Assembly (NCBI GenBank): GCA_963702005.1
Contig: OY969696.1
Coordinates: forward strand, 4,064,001 to 4,128,000
Reading direction: 5' to 3'
Origin: Candidatus Aminicenantes bacterium
GTDB taxonomy: Bacteria; Acidobacteriota; Aminicenantia; Aminicenantales; JAFGBC01
DNA: 64,000 bases
Positions within the stretch are counted from its first letter, which is position 1. The number at the start of each line of letters is the position of its first letter. The notes beneath the pieces were generated by a model. It saw only the letters and a list, made by a program, of their open reading frames with translations, was not told the origin of the DNA and searched no databases. The position numbers were made by a program, and so were the translations under genes. This document shows, in pieces, positions 18,698 through 27,563 of this stretch.

Positions 18698-18730
18698 TTT
18701 GCACAAAGTGACAGAGTGTAGGTTTGACCC
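18698..18730. repeat. Single arm of the GGGGTCAAACCTACACTTT palindrome family
   Basis: TTTGCACAAAGTGACAGAGTGTAGGTTTGACCC approximates the reverse complement of the left arm at 58901/62261. Confidence 0.75.
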
Positions 18731-18733
18731 TGG

Positions 18734-19156
18734 TTAAAAAAGGCCGGTTGAGCCGAAGCCGTTCTCGCCGCGCGGAGTGTCGTCGAGCGTCTCGCTCTCG
18801 ACGACCTTGATCTCGGACACGGGCTGGATGAGGAGCTGGGCGATTTTCATCCCGGCCTTGATGGGGAAGGGCGCCGTCCCCAGGTTGATCAGCACGACCT
18901 GGATCTCGCCCCTGTAGCAAGCGTCGATGACGCCGGCCAGCCGATGGACGCCCTTGAGCGATATTCCGCTCTTGTCCCAGACAAGACCGGCGAAGCCCTT
19001 GGGGATCGAGACCTGGATTCCGGTCGGGACCGCCCGCAGGTCCCCGGGCGGTATCTCCAAGTCCCGGCAGGAGAACAGGTCGAGCCCGGCGTCGCCGGGA
19101 TGGCCCTGGATCGGAAGCTTCGCTTCGGGATGAATGCGTTTAACCTTGAGCTCCAT
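18734..19156 (-). CDS. dut: dUTP diphosphatase
   Basis: AGLDL, KSG, GVIDACYRGEI, IAQLLI, RGENGFGSTG motifs. Confidence 0.95.
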   Translation of the reverse strand: MELKVKRIHPEAKLPIQGHPGDAGLDLFSCRDLEIPPGDLRAVPTGIQVSIPKGFAGLVWDKSGISLKGVHRLAGVIDACYRGEIQVVLINLGTAPFPIKAGMKIAQLLIQPVSEIKVVESETLDDTPRGENGFGSTGLF

Positions 19157-19159
19157 ACC

Positions 19160-19858
19160 TCACGCCCCTTCCAGGCGAACTTCCTCGAAATAGGGCCGGA
19201 CCGCGTCCGCCAGCTTCTCCATGGTCTCCCTGCAGTAAGGTTTGACCTTAAGGAATTCCGGGTCCAGGGTGTTCCGGGGGGAAAAGACCTGCAATTGAAA
19301 GAGAGCGGCGCCTTTGAGCCAGCATCCGATCGCGACGAGATCCTCCTCGCCGATCAGCCCGGGCACGGCCGTCGTCCGGAACATGTGCTCGAGGCCGGAA
19401 CCCCTGAGGATGTCCGCGCTCCTTCGGATGTCGTCCTCGTTCACCTCGCTCCGGACCGTCGGCCAATACTTGCCGGGCGCGGCCTTGACGTCCATGGCGA
19501 CCGCGTCGACCAGGCCGGTCCGGATGACCTCCTCGAGCCGCCCGGGAAGCGATCCGTTCGTGTCGAGCTTGACCCGAAAGCCGCGCTCCTTGACGATCCG
19601 GAGCAGAGTTTCGAGCTCGGGCGCCAGGAGCGGCTCGCCGCCCGAAACGCAGACGGCTTCGAGCCAGCCCTTGCGCTCGTCGAGGAAGGCCAGGAACTCC
19701 GCCCCGTCGATGTCGGGGAGCGTCGCTGGCCGGAGGACGAGGTCGGCGTTGTGGCAGAACGGACAGCGGAAATTGCAGCCGCCCAGGAAAACGGTTGCCG
19801 TGATGTAGCCCGGATAGTCCTTGGAGGCGAACTTTTCTAAGCCCTTGATCGCGACCAC
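19160..19858 (-). CDS. nrdG: Anaerobic ribonucleotide reductase activating enzyme (radical SAM)
   Basis: CNFRCPFCHN, SGGEP, KLDTNG; operonic with nrdD. Confidence 0.9.
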   Translation of the reverse strand: MVAIKGLEKFASKDYPGYITATVFLGGCNFRCPFCHNADLVLRPATLPDIDGAEFLAFLDERKGWLEAVCVSGGEPLLAPELETLLRIVKERGFRVKLDTNGSLPGRLEEVIRTGLVDAVAMDVKAAPGKYWPTVRSEVNEDDIRRSADILRGSGLEHMFRTTAVPGLIGEEDLVAIGCWLKGAALFQLQVFSPRNTLDPEFLKVKPYCRETMEKLADAVRPYFEEVRLEGA

Positions 19859-20103
19859 GCCTCGAGCTCCTCGACCGAATTGACGACGGCCAGGGCCGCC
19901 CCGGCCTCGCTCAGGATGAGGGTCGGCAGGATGACAGCGCCGCTTTCGTCCCGCTTGATGACCTCACGGTATTCCCGCAGCTTCATTTTGGCGTCTTTGC
20001 CGACCAGGTTGAACTCCTTCCAGACGACGCCCTGGGCGGCCAGGCGCTTCTTGAGGGCGTCGCATTTGAGACAGCCGGGCAGGGTGAACAGGAGGTGCTC
20101 CAC
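19837..20103 (-). CDS. Glutaredoxin/NrdH-like redoxin
   Basis: GTG start at 20103 after GAGGAG; FTLPGCLKC CxxC and cis-Pro LPTL. Confidence 0.75.
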   Translation of the reverse strand: MEHLLFTLPGCLKCDALKKRLAAQGVVWKEFNLVGKDAKMKLREYREVIKRDESGAVILPTLILSEAGAALAVVNSVEELEAWSRSRA

Positions 20104-20114
20104 GGCGCTCCTCG

Positions 20115-22187
20115 TCAGGCGATCTTGGTGTAGGGCGTCCGATCCTTGAACTCCTGCTGCTTGCCGTCGTTCCATGTTCGGATCGGCCTCAGGTAGCCGA
20201 CGATCCGGGAGTAGACCTCGGTCTCCTTCCCGCACTGGGGGCAGCGGGCGTTCTCGCCCTTGAGATAGCCGTGGTCCTCGCAGACGCTGAAGGTCGGCGT
20301 GATACTGAAATAGGGCAGCCGCGTCTCGGCGATCTTCCGGACGAGCTTCCGGCAGGTCATCCAATCGATGGCCTCGGGCAGGAAGGTGTGGAAGATCGTC
20401 CCGCCGGTGTAGAGGGGTTGGATGTCGCCCTGATGCTGGATGGCTTCAAAGACGTCCCTGGTCGCGTCGACGTTGAGCTGGGTCGAATTCGTCAGGTAGG
20501 GGTGATTGGCCGTTCCCGAGGCGATGATGTTCGGGAACCTTTCCCTGTCGAGCCGGGCCAGCCGGTAGGAGGTCGATTCGGCCGGCGTCGCCTCGAGGTT
20601 GTAGAGGCTTCCGGTCTCCTCCTGAAATTCAAACAGCACGCCCCGCATGTAGTTCAGGATCTCGACGGCGAAGGCTTTGCCCTCGGGAGTCCCGATCCCC
20701 TTGCCGAGCAGGTTGAGGCAGGCCTCGTTCATGCCGCAGATGCCGATCGTCGAGAAGTGGTTGGCGAAGTGCTGCAGGTAGACCTGGGTGTAGGGCATGA
20801 TCCCCTTCTCGAGCATATGGTTGACGACCTCGCGCTTCGCCTCCAGGGATTCCTTGGCCAGCGTCATCAGCTCACGAAGCTTGGCCTTGAACTCGTCCAG
20901 GCTGTGGGTCGTGTAGCCGATCCGGTTGAGGTTGATGGTCACCACCCCGATCGAGCCGGTCGAGTCGCCGGGCCCCCACATGCTCCCCGGCCGCCGCATC
21001 AGCTCCCGCTGGTCGAGGTTGAGCCGGCAGCACATGGCCCGGATGTCGCCCGGGTTCATGTTCGTCCCGATGTAGTTCTGGAAATAAGGGATCCCGTACT
21101 TGGCGGTCGCCTCGAACAGGAGCCGGGCGTTGGGAGTGTCCCAGTTGAAATCCTTGGTCAGGTTGTAGGTCGGGATGGGAAAGGTGAAGACCCGGCCCTG
21201 GTGGTCGCCCTCGACCATGAGCTCGAGGAAGGCCTTGTTGATCAGGTCCATCTCGGCCTGGAATTCGCCGTAGGTCGCGTCGATCTCCTTGCCGCCGACG
21301 ACGGCCTTCTTGTCCTTCATGTCGGCCGGCACCACCCAGTCGAAGGTCAGGTTCGAGAACGGCGTCTGCCACCCCCAGCGGGAGGGGACGTTGAGGCCGA
21401 AGATGAGCTTCTGGATATCCTGCTTGACGCGCTCGTAGTCGAGATTGTCGGCCCGGACGAAGGGGGCGAGCAGGGTGTCGACGCTCGAGAAGGCCTGGGC
21501 GCCCGCGAACTCGCCCTGCATGGTCCCGATGAAGTTGACCATGTGGAGGGTCGCCGTCTCCAGGTGCTTGGCCGGCGAGGAATGGACCTGGTTGGGGACG
21601 TGGCCGAACCCGATCCGGAGGAGCTTGTCGAGGGACCAGCCGGCGCAGTAGCCGACGATCGGGTAGGACAGGTCGTGGAGGTGAAAATCGCCCTCGAGGT
21701 GGGCCCTCTTGACCTTCTCGGTGTAGATCTGGTTGAGGGCGAAGTTCGAGAGGACCTCGCCCGAGACCCGGGCGTTGAGCCCCGAGAAGCTGACGACGCC
21801 CTCGTTGCTGTTCTCCTTGACCTTCCAATCGTGGTCGTTGATGTAGTCCTTGACGAGCCGGACGAGGTTGATCCCCGTCTCGTGGGCCTCCCGGATCTCC
21901 TTGTGCCGCGCCCGGTACAGGATGTAGGACTTGGCGACCTCGTGGTAGCCCTGCTTCATGAGGACTCTTTCGACGATGTCCTGGATCTGCTCGACGGACG
22001 GGATGGTGTAGCCGCCGAAGCGGTCCTCGAGCATGTAGGTCGAGATGTCGGAGACCGTCTTGGCGACCCTCTGGTCGTGGACGCCGTTGGCGGCCATGGC
22101 CTTGGCCACGGCGTTGGTGATTTTGTCCTGGTGAAAATCAGCGATGGAACCGTCCCGCTTCTTGATGCGGGCAATGGTGGTCAACAT
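20115..22187 (-). CDS. nrdD: Class III (anaerobic) ribonucleoside-triphosphate reductase
   Basis: ATP cone, HLHDL, YCAG, RAMCCRL, EATPAES, Zn site CEDH/CPQC, YSRIVGY glycyl-radical loop. Confidence 0.95.
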   Translation of the reverse strand: MLTTIARIKKRDGSIADFHQDKITNAVAKAMAANGVHDQRVAKTVSDISTYMLEDRFGGYTIPSVEQIQDIVERVLMKQGYHEVAKSYILYRARHKEIREAHETGINLVRLVKDYINDHDWKVKENSNEGVVSFSGLNARVSGEVLSNFALNQIYTEKVKRAHLEGDFHLHDLSYPIVGYCAGWSLDKLLRIGFGHVPNQVHSSPAKHLETATLHMVNFIGTMQGEFAGAQAFSSVDTLLAPFVRADNLDYERVKQDIQKLIFGLNVPSRWGWQTPFSNLTFDWVVPADMKDKKAVVGGKEIDATYGEFQAEMDLINKAFLELMVEGDHQGRVFTFPIPTYNLTKDFNWDTPNARLLFEATAKYGIPYFQNYIGTNMNPGDIRAMCCRLNLDQRELMRRPGSMWGPGDSTGSIGVVTINLNRIGYTTHSLDEFKAKLRELMTLAKESLEAKREVVNHMLEKGIMPYTQVYLQHFANHFSTIGICGMNEACLNLLGKGIGTPEGKAFAVEILNYMRGVLFEFQEETGSLYNLEATPAESTSYRLARLDRERFPNIIASGTANHPYLTNSTQLNVDATRDVFEAIQHQGDIQPLYTGGTIFHTFLPEAIDWMTCRKLVRKIAETRLPYFSITPTFSVCEDHGYLKGENARCPQCGKETEVYSRIVGYLRPIRTWNDGKQQEFKDRTPYTKIA

Positions 22188-22298
22188 GTCGTCTCTCCTC
22201 CCTCCAAGAGCCCCGTCGGAGCTTTCCAGCGCCCCCGGCGCGTGTTAAAATGGCCTCGCCTTGATACCTCGAAGAAAAAAAGCAACCGCTTCAGCCGA

Positions 22299-22378
22299 CT
22301 GCCATATATTGTGGACCCTACTTCCGGTAACTACTAAATGTAGTAGTTACATCCCTGAATTTATCACAATTTTTGTTG
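22299..22378 (-). promoter_or_regulatory. Tandem NrdR boxes upstream of nrdD
   Basis: CTGCCATATATTGTGG (22299), CTACTAAATGTAGTAG (22331) and weaker ATCACAATTTTTGTTG (22363), at 32-bp spacing. Confidence 0.7.
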
Positions 22379-22445
22379 TTGTCAAGCCTTTTTTTGATAA
22401 TTTTTTTCACTCTTTTTTACTCTTTCGGGTACGCGAGGTCCAGCC

Positions 22446-22838
22446 ATGACAATAATCGAAGTGAGGACAAAATCCCGGGAGGAACTCGTCGATATCACGC
22501 CCCAAGTCCAGGACGCCGTCCGGACATCCGGCATCGCCGAGGGGATCTGCGTCGTCTATGCCCCGCACACGACGGCCGCGGTCACCATCAACGAGTGCGC
22601 CGACCCGGACGTCAGGAGCGATATTCTGATGGCGCTCAAAAAAGCCGTGCCGGATTCCCTGGCCTACAGCCACAGCGAGGGAAACTCGCCGGCTCACGTC
22701 AAGGCGACGCTGGTAGGGCCTTCGCTGAGCGTCATCATCGAGGATGAAAAGCTCGCCCTGGGCACTTGGCAGGCCATTTTCCTGTGCGAATTCGACGGCC
22801 CCCGGACCCGCAAGGTTTGGATCCGGGTCGTGAGCTGA
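22446..22838 (+). CDS. yjbQ: YjbQ/UPF0047 family protein
   Basis: HTTAAVTINE, HSEGNSPAHVK, LGTWQ, EFDGPR. Confidence 0.9.
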   Translation: MTIIEVRTKSREELVDITPQVQDAVRTSGIAEGICVVYAPHTTAAVTINECADPDVRSDILMALKKAVPDSLAYSHSEGNSPAHVKATLVGPSLSVIIEDEKLALGTWQAIFLCEFDGPRTRKVWIRVVS

Positions 22839-22866
22839 CGAGGATGCCATCGGCGTCTTTTAAATG

Positions 22867-22897
22867 AAAAAAAGGGCCGCCCCTCGGGGCGGCCCTT
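22867..22897. terminator. Intrinsic terminator between convergent genes
   Basis: A7 followed by GGGCCGCCCC-TC-GGGGCGGCCC hairpin. Confidence 0.75.
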
Positions 22898-22923
22898 CGG
22901 ATTCCGTGGCAAGATACGAGCTG

Positions 22924-23439
22924 TTATTTAAGCTTAATCGTCACTCCGAGGTCTATCCCGAGCGACGAGCCTCCTGAAACGATGATGAAGTTAAGCCTCG
23001 CGTTGGCCGCCACTTTGGGATTAAAGAAATACCGCCCGCCGATAAACGGGGATGCAAAGACGGCCGATCCGCCGCCATAGAAGCCCGTGTCTTCATCCGA
23101 GGAGGAAACGGAGAAAAGCCCCAGTCCCGCCCCGACATAGAGATCGTAATAATCGCCCTGGAGGGCCCTGGGCCTGAAGTGGTAGGCGCCGTCGGCTTCG
23201 ATTGAGAATGCGGTCGGGCTCGTCTGCCAGAGGCGCACGGTCCCTCCGACGCTGACCATATCGGTCATCCCGTACTCGCCCTGAACACCGACCGGAACGA
23301 CCCCGTTGTAAATGCCGATATGCGGAGTCAGATAAATCGCGCTCTTGGCGAAAGCGGCGAAATGCTTGGTGGCCGGGAAAGCCAGGGATGTGAGCAGCCC
23401 GACGGCGACGACCGTCACCGCGATCCTTTTAGCGATCAT
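22924..23439 (-). CDS. Small outer-membrane beta-barrel protein
   Basis: Signal peptide; alternating aromatic strands (YVGAGLG, IGGRYFF). Confidence 0.7.
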   Translation of the reverse strand: MIAKRIAVTVVAVGLLTSLAFPATKHFAAFAKSAIYLTPHIGIYNGVVPVGVQGEYGMTDMVSVGGTVRLWQTSPTAFSIEADGAYHFRPRALQGDYYDLYVGAGLGLFSVSSSDEDTGFYGGGSAVFASPFIGGRYFFNPKVAANARLNFIIVSGGSSLGIDLGVTIKLK

Positions 23440-23544
23440 GAGACCTCCTCGAAATTGAATTTTTTTCGTCCCATCCTCAACGTGAGGATACCTTGTCGCC
23501 GACCCCCTGTCAAGCCTCGGCCCGGAACGATCCCTCCGTTCTCA

Positions 23545-24159
23545 TCAAAGGCCGCTGAATCCGAGGGCGCGGAGCTCGGCGGCAATGTCGGTCGTCCCAG
23601 CCGTGAAGACGATCCCCTTGATCCCCTGCTTCGCCGCGGCGTCCACGTTCAACGCGAGGTCGTCGATGAAGACGGCTTCCTGCGGCCGGCAGCCGGCGCG
23701 CCGGATCGCCTCCTCGTAGATGGCCGGGTCGGGCTTGATGGCTCCGACCTCGTAGGACAACACGTATTCGTCGAAAATCAGGATTTCGGGAAAGGTTCGC
23801 TTGATGAACCCAAAGCGCATCGGGTCGGTGTTGGAGAGGAGCAGCAGCCTGGCCCGGGGCTTGAGCCGCCCTAAAATATCGAGCGTTCCCGGAATCGGCG
23901 AGAAAATGTCGTTGTAGATTGTAAAAAACTCATCGTATCCGATCCTAGCCCCCGTCCGGGACGTGACCCGCTCATAGAACTCGCGCGGCGCCATCCGGCC
24001 GCCGTCGAAGAGGCGGACGAGCTCGCCGTGATCGAAAGCGAGCCGGGCGATCTCCTCGTAGCTCAGCGGCGCGTAGCCGGACAGCTTCCGGTAGAAAATA
24101 TGGTTGTCGAAATGGAGGAGGACCCGGCCCAGGTCCGAGACGACCGCCTTAATGATCAT
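23545..24159 (-). CDS. HAD family phosphatase (YihX-like)
   Basis: DLGRVL, LSNT, KPDPAIY, FIDD motifs. Confidence 0.88.
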   Translation of the reverse strand: MIIKAVVSDLGRVLLHFDNHIFYRKLSGYAPLSYEEIARLAFDHGELVRLFDGGRMAPREFYERVTSRTGARIGYDEFFTIYNDIFSPIPGTLDILGRLKPRARLLLLSNTDPMRFGFIKRTFPEILIFDEYVLSYEVGAIKPDPAIYEEAIRRAGCRPQEAVFIDDLALNVDAAAKQGIKGIVFTAGTTDIAAELRALGFSGL

Positions 24160-24163
24160 GAGC

Positions 24164-25495
24164 TCAGGCGCGCTGCTGTCGCTGGGTTTCGAGGATTCCG
24201 CCCTCGCGGCCGTCGGCCCGCTTGAGGAGGAACGCGAAGGTCAGGCCCAGGATGCCCAGGCTGGCGAACATGATGGAGCTCGCCGTATAGGACTTGGTCG
24301 TGTCGCGGAGGAGCCCGTTGAGGAGCGAGAACCCGCCCAGACCGATGTTCTGGATGGCCGTCATCAGCCCGAAGGCCGTCCCGACCCGCTCCTTGCGGAC
24401 AATCAGGGGGACCGAGGGCCACAGGGCCGCCGGGACAAGGACGAAAGCCACGCCCAGGGCGATCATGGGCCAGGCCGGATAAATTCGGGTCACCCCCATC
24501 AGCAGGTGGCAGGGAATGAGGATGAGGGAGCCCCAGACCATGAGGGAGGCCCGCTTCCCAATCCGGTCGATCAGCCGGCCGCCGAAAGGCGCAAAGATCA
24601 TCGAGGCGAAGATAATGATGCTCGTTATCCCGCCCGCTGTCCCGAACAGATGGAAGAAGTTGGAGAAGACCCGGGCCAGGAAGCTCCCTTCGCCGGCGGC
24701 GGTCCGGGCAATCCCCCACTTGTCGACAAACATGTCGGTCGAGAGGTTCGTGAAGGGAAAGACGGCCGAGTAGAAGGTGAAACACAGGAAGGTCACGTAC
24801 CAGAAGGAGGCCTTGAATTCCTTGATGTCGGCGAAGACGATCTTATCGCCGGAGCTTTCGTCCTTGAGCTTGAGGGCCTTCTCCCCCCGGCGGTCCATAA
24901 ATATGTAGACGAGGTTTCCGATCAGGGAGAGCGCGCAGGCGGCCACGGCCGTCAACAGGGCGGCCCGGAACGTCCCGAAGTAGCTCGTGATGAGCTCGCC
25001 CGTGTTGAAAGCGAACAGCGACCCGATCCGGCTCACGGTCAGCGAGATCCCGAACGAAAGGGCCAGCTCCTTGTTCTTGAACCAGCGGGCCAGCATGGCG
25101 CTCTGGGCGACGACCAGGGGCTCGGAGCCTGCCCCGAAGATGAAGCGGCCGATGAAAAAGGCGGGGATGCTCTTGGCGTGCCAGACGAGGGCCGCGCCGG
25201 CCAAGACCAGAACCGAGAATAGAAGGCTGGCTTTCCGGGTCCCAAGCTTATCCGTCAGCATGCCACCGACGAGGACGGCCAGGACGGCCGCGATGCTGTA
25301 CATGGTGAAGAAGGTCCCGACCGTGCCCCGGGCGGCGTGGAGCTCTTCGACCAGCGAGGGGGCAATGGCGCCGACGATGTCGTAGGCGAAGTAGCTCCCA
25401 AAGGACAGGGAGGCGATGAAAAGGAGGATCGTGAAACGATAGAGCGCCCGCGAGGGGTGGAAGGCGCCGCCCGTCGTCTCGGCCGTCATGGTCAT
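24164..25495 (-). CDS. MFS transporter
   Basis: About 12 TM helices; GMLTDKLGTR and GRLIDRIGKR motif A. Confidence 0.88.
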   Translation of the reverse strand: MTMTAETTGGAFHPSRALYRFTILLFIASLSFGSYFAYDIVGAIAPSLVEELHAARGTVGTFFTMYSIAAVLAVLVGGMLTDKLGTRKASLLFSVLVLAGAALVWHAKSIPAFFIGRFIFGAGSEPLVVAQSAMLARWFKNKELALSFGISLTVSRIGSLFAFNTGELITSYFGTFRAALLTAVAACALSLIGNLVYIFMDRRGEKALKLKDESSGDKIVFADIKEFKASFWYVTFLCFTFYSAVFPFTNLSTDMFVDKWGIARTAAGEGSFLARVFSNFFHLFGTAGGITSIIIFASMIFAPFGGRLIDRIGKRASLMVWGSLILIPCHLLMGVTRIYPAWPMIALGVAFVLVPAALWPSVPLIVRKERVGTAFGLMTAIQNIGLGGFSLLNGLLRDTTKSYTASSIMFASLGILGLTFAFLLKRADGREGGILETQRQQRA

Positions 25496-25646
25496 GTCAA
25501 GCCGTCCTTTCCGGATGGGTTCTCGGCCAAGATATATCAGCCGTCGGCGGGGTGTCAAGAGAGGAGATGAGCCGGCGTCTTCTCGGTTGATGTCGGGCCG
25601 GGATTCTGATTAAATAAAGGGACCCCCCGAGCCGAGGAGACGATTC

Positions 25647-27551
25647 ATGAAAACGAGCCGTGTCCTGCTTCTGCTGGCGACGCTTGCCCTCATCTGCGGC
25701 GGCTGCGCCAAGAAAAAGGAGCTTCCTGGCGCGGAGGGGGCCGTCACTTTTGATCCGGCCCAGCCTCGGGCCGGGGCTCCCGTGACCGTTTCATACAAAC
25801 CGGCCGGGACTCCTCTTAAGGAAGAGGCGTCCGTCACTTGCGTCGCCTACATCTACACCAAGGGCGCTCCGGAAGCCAAGTCCGTCCCCATGATGAAGGA
25901 CGGCTCAGTCTGGAAGGCGACCTTGAGCCTCGGCCCGGCCGACCGCGGGATGATCCTCAAATTCCTGGCCGGGGACGTCGTTGACAACAACGATCAAAAG
26001 GGCTACACGACGCCCTTCGCCGACGCCGCCGGAAATCCGGTCGCGGGAAGTTTCGCGGGCCTGGCCGAAGCCTATGCGACTTGGGGAAAGGATCTCGCCG
26101 GGATGAACACGGACCAGGACCTGGCCCTGGCCCTGCTCGACAAGGAGTTCGCCCTCCACCCCGAGGTCAAAGCCGAGTATCTATCTCCCTATTTCAGCCT
26201 ACTGGCCCGGCTCAAGAAAGAGGAGGGCAAGGCTCAGATCCTCCGGGAGCTTGAAACACTGGCGGCCCGGCCCGGCCTCGGGGTCGAGGATTTGGGCCTT
26301 CTCCAGTACTGGATGGCGCGCCTTGACCGGCCCGACGAATCCCGCCGCTTCGCGGCCCTCCTCCGCGAGAAGGATCCTCAAGGAGAGTTCGTCCAGGCCG
26401 AGCGTTACCAGGAATTCGCCAAGGAAACCGACCCTGCCAAGAAAGCCGCCTTGTTCGAACGATTTAAGATCGGATTTCCCAAAAGCCCCCTTATTCCTCA
26501 GTTCGTCCACGGCCTGATCGCCGCCTTCCGCGCCAACAAGGATTTCGACAAGGCCGCCGATTTTATCCTCCATAATCCGGACGGAGTGTCCTGGAGCCTG
26601 TACGCGACCCTGTCCTCGGACTTCCTGAAGAATAAGCTCCCCGCCGGCCGGGCCGTCGAGCTCGCGGCCCGGGCGCTGGACCTGGCTCGGAGCGAGGATG
26701 CGGCCGGCGCCAAGCCCCCTTACCTGACCGAGGAGGAATGGACGAAGGAAAAAAATTCCGTCCTGGGACAGGCCCTGGCCACCCAGGGTGAAGCTCTTTT
26801 AGCCGTCGCCAAGACGGGGGAAGCCGTCCAAGCTTTCAAGGAAGCCGTGGGACGCACGAACGGCGCGAGCGCCGACCTTAACACCCGCTATGCCGAGCTC
26901 CTCGTCCGGCTCCCCGGATCCGATCCGGCCGCGGCCTTGGCCGAGATGGAGCCTTTCATTTCCTCCGGGAACGGTACGGCCAGGCTCAAAGGGTATCTGC
27001 GGCAAGCCTTCATCAAGAAGCGGGGAACCGATTCCGAGTTCGACGCCTATCTGGGCGGACTCGAAGAGCGGGCGCACGCTTCGCTGCTGGCCGATCTCCG
27101 GCGCCGGATCGTCGATATCCCCGCGGCCGAATTCGACCTCGAGGACCTGGAAGGGAACCGAGTCGCCCTGTCCGGGCTAAGGGGGAAGGTGGTCGTCCTC
27201 GACTTCTGGGCGACCTGGTGCGCTCCCTGCCTCAGTTCCTTCCCGGCCATGAAGCGGCTCGTCGAGAAACACAAGGACGATTCCGACGTCAGGTTCTATT
27301 TCATCAATACCTGGGAACGGGTCGCCGATAAGAAGAAAAACGCCCTCGACTTCCTGGCCAAAACGAGCTATCCCTTCCGGGTGCTTCTCGACCTCGAGAA
27401 CCGCGCCATAGACGCCTTCAAGGTGGACGGCATCCCGACCAAGTTCGTCATCGACGGCAAGGGCCGAATCCGCTTCAAGACGATCGGCTACACGGGCAAC
27501 CCGGACCGCCTCATCGACGAAATCGAGGCCATGATCGAGATGGCGCGCTGA
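25647..27551 (+). CDS. Lipoprotein with TPR region and TlpA-like thioredoxin domain
   Basis: Lipobox-like N-terminus; LDFWATWCAPC; GIPTKFVID. Confidence 0.85.
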   Translation: MKTSRVLLLLATLALICGGCAKKKELPGAEGAVTFDPAQPRAGAPVTVSYKPAGTPLKEEASVTCVAYIYTKGAPEAKSVPMMKDGSVWKATLSLGPADRGMILKFLAGDVVDNNDQKGYTTPFADAAGNPVAGSFAGLAEAYATWGKDLAGMNTDQDLALALLDKEFALHPEVKAEYLSPYFSLLARLKKEEGKAQILRELETLAARPGLGVEDLGLLQYWMARLDRPDESRRFAALLREKDPQGEFVQAERYQEFAKETDPAKKAALFERFKIGFPKSPLIPQFVHGLIAAFRANKDFDKAADFILHNPDGVSWSLYATLSSDFLKNKLPAGRAVELAARALDLARSEDAAGAKPPYLTEEEWTKEKNSVLGQALATQGEALLAVAKTGEAVQAFKEAVGRTNGASADLNTRYAELLVRLPGSDPAAALAEMEPFISSGNGTARLKGYLRQAFIKKRGTDSEFDAYLGGLEERAHASLLADLRRRIVDIPAAEFDLEDLEGNRVALSGLRGKVVVLDFWATWCAPCLSSFPAMKRLVEKHKDDSDVRFYFINTWERVADKKKNALDFLAKTSYPFRVLLDLENRAIDAFKVDGIPTKFVIDGKGRIRFKTIGYTGNPDRLIDEIEAMIEMAR

Positions 27552-27563
27552 GAGAAGGGGCCG

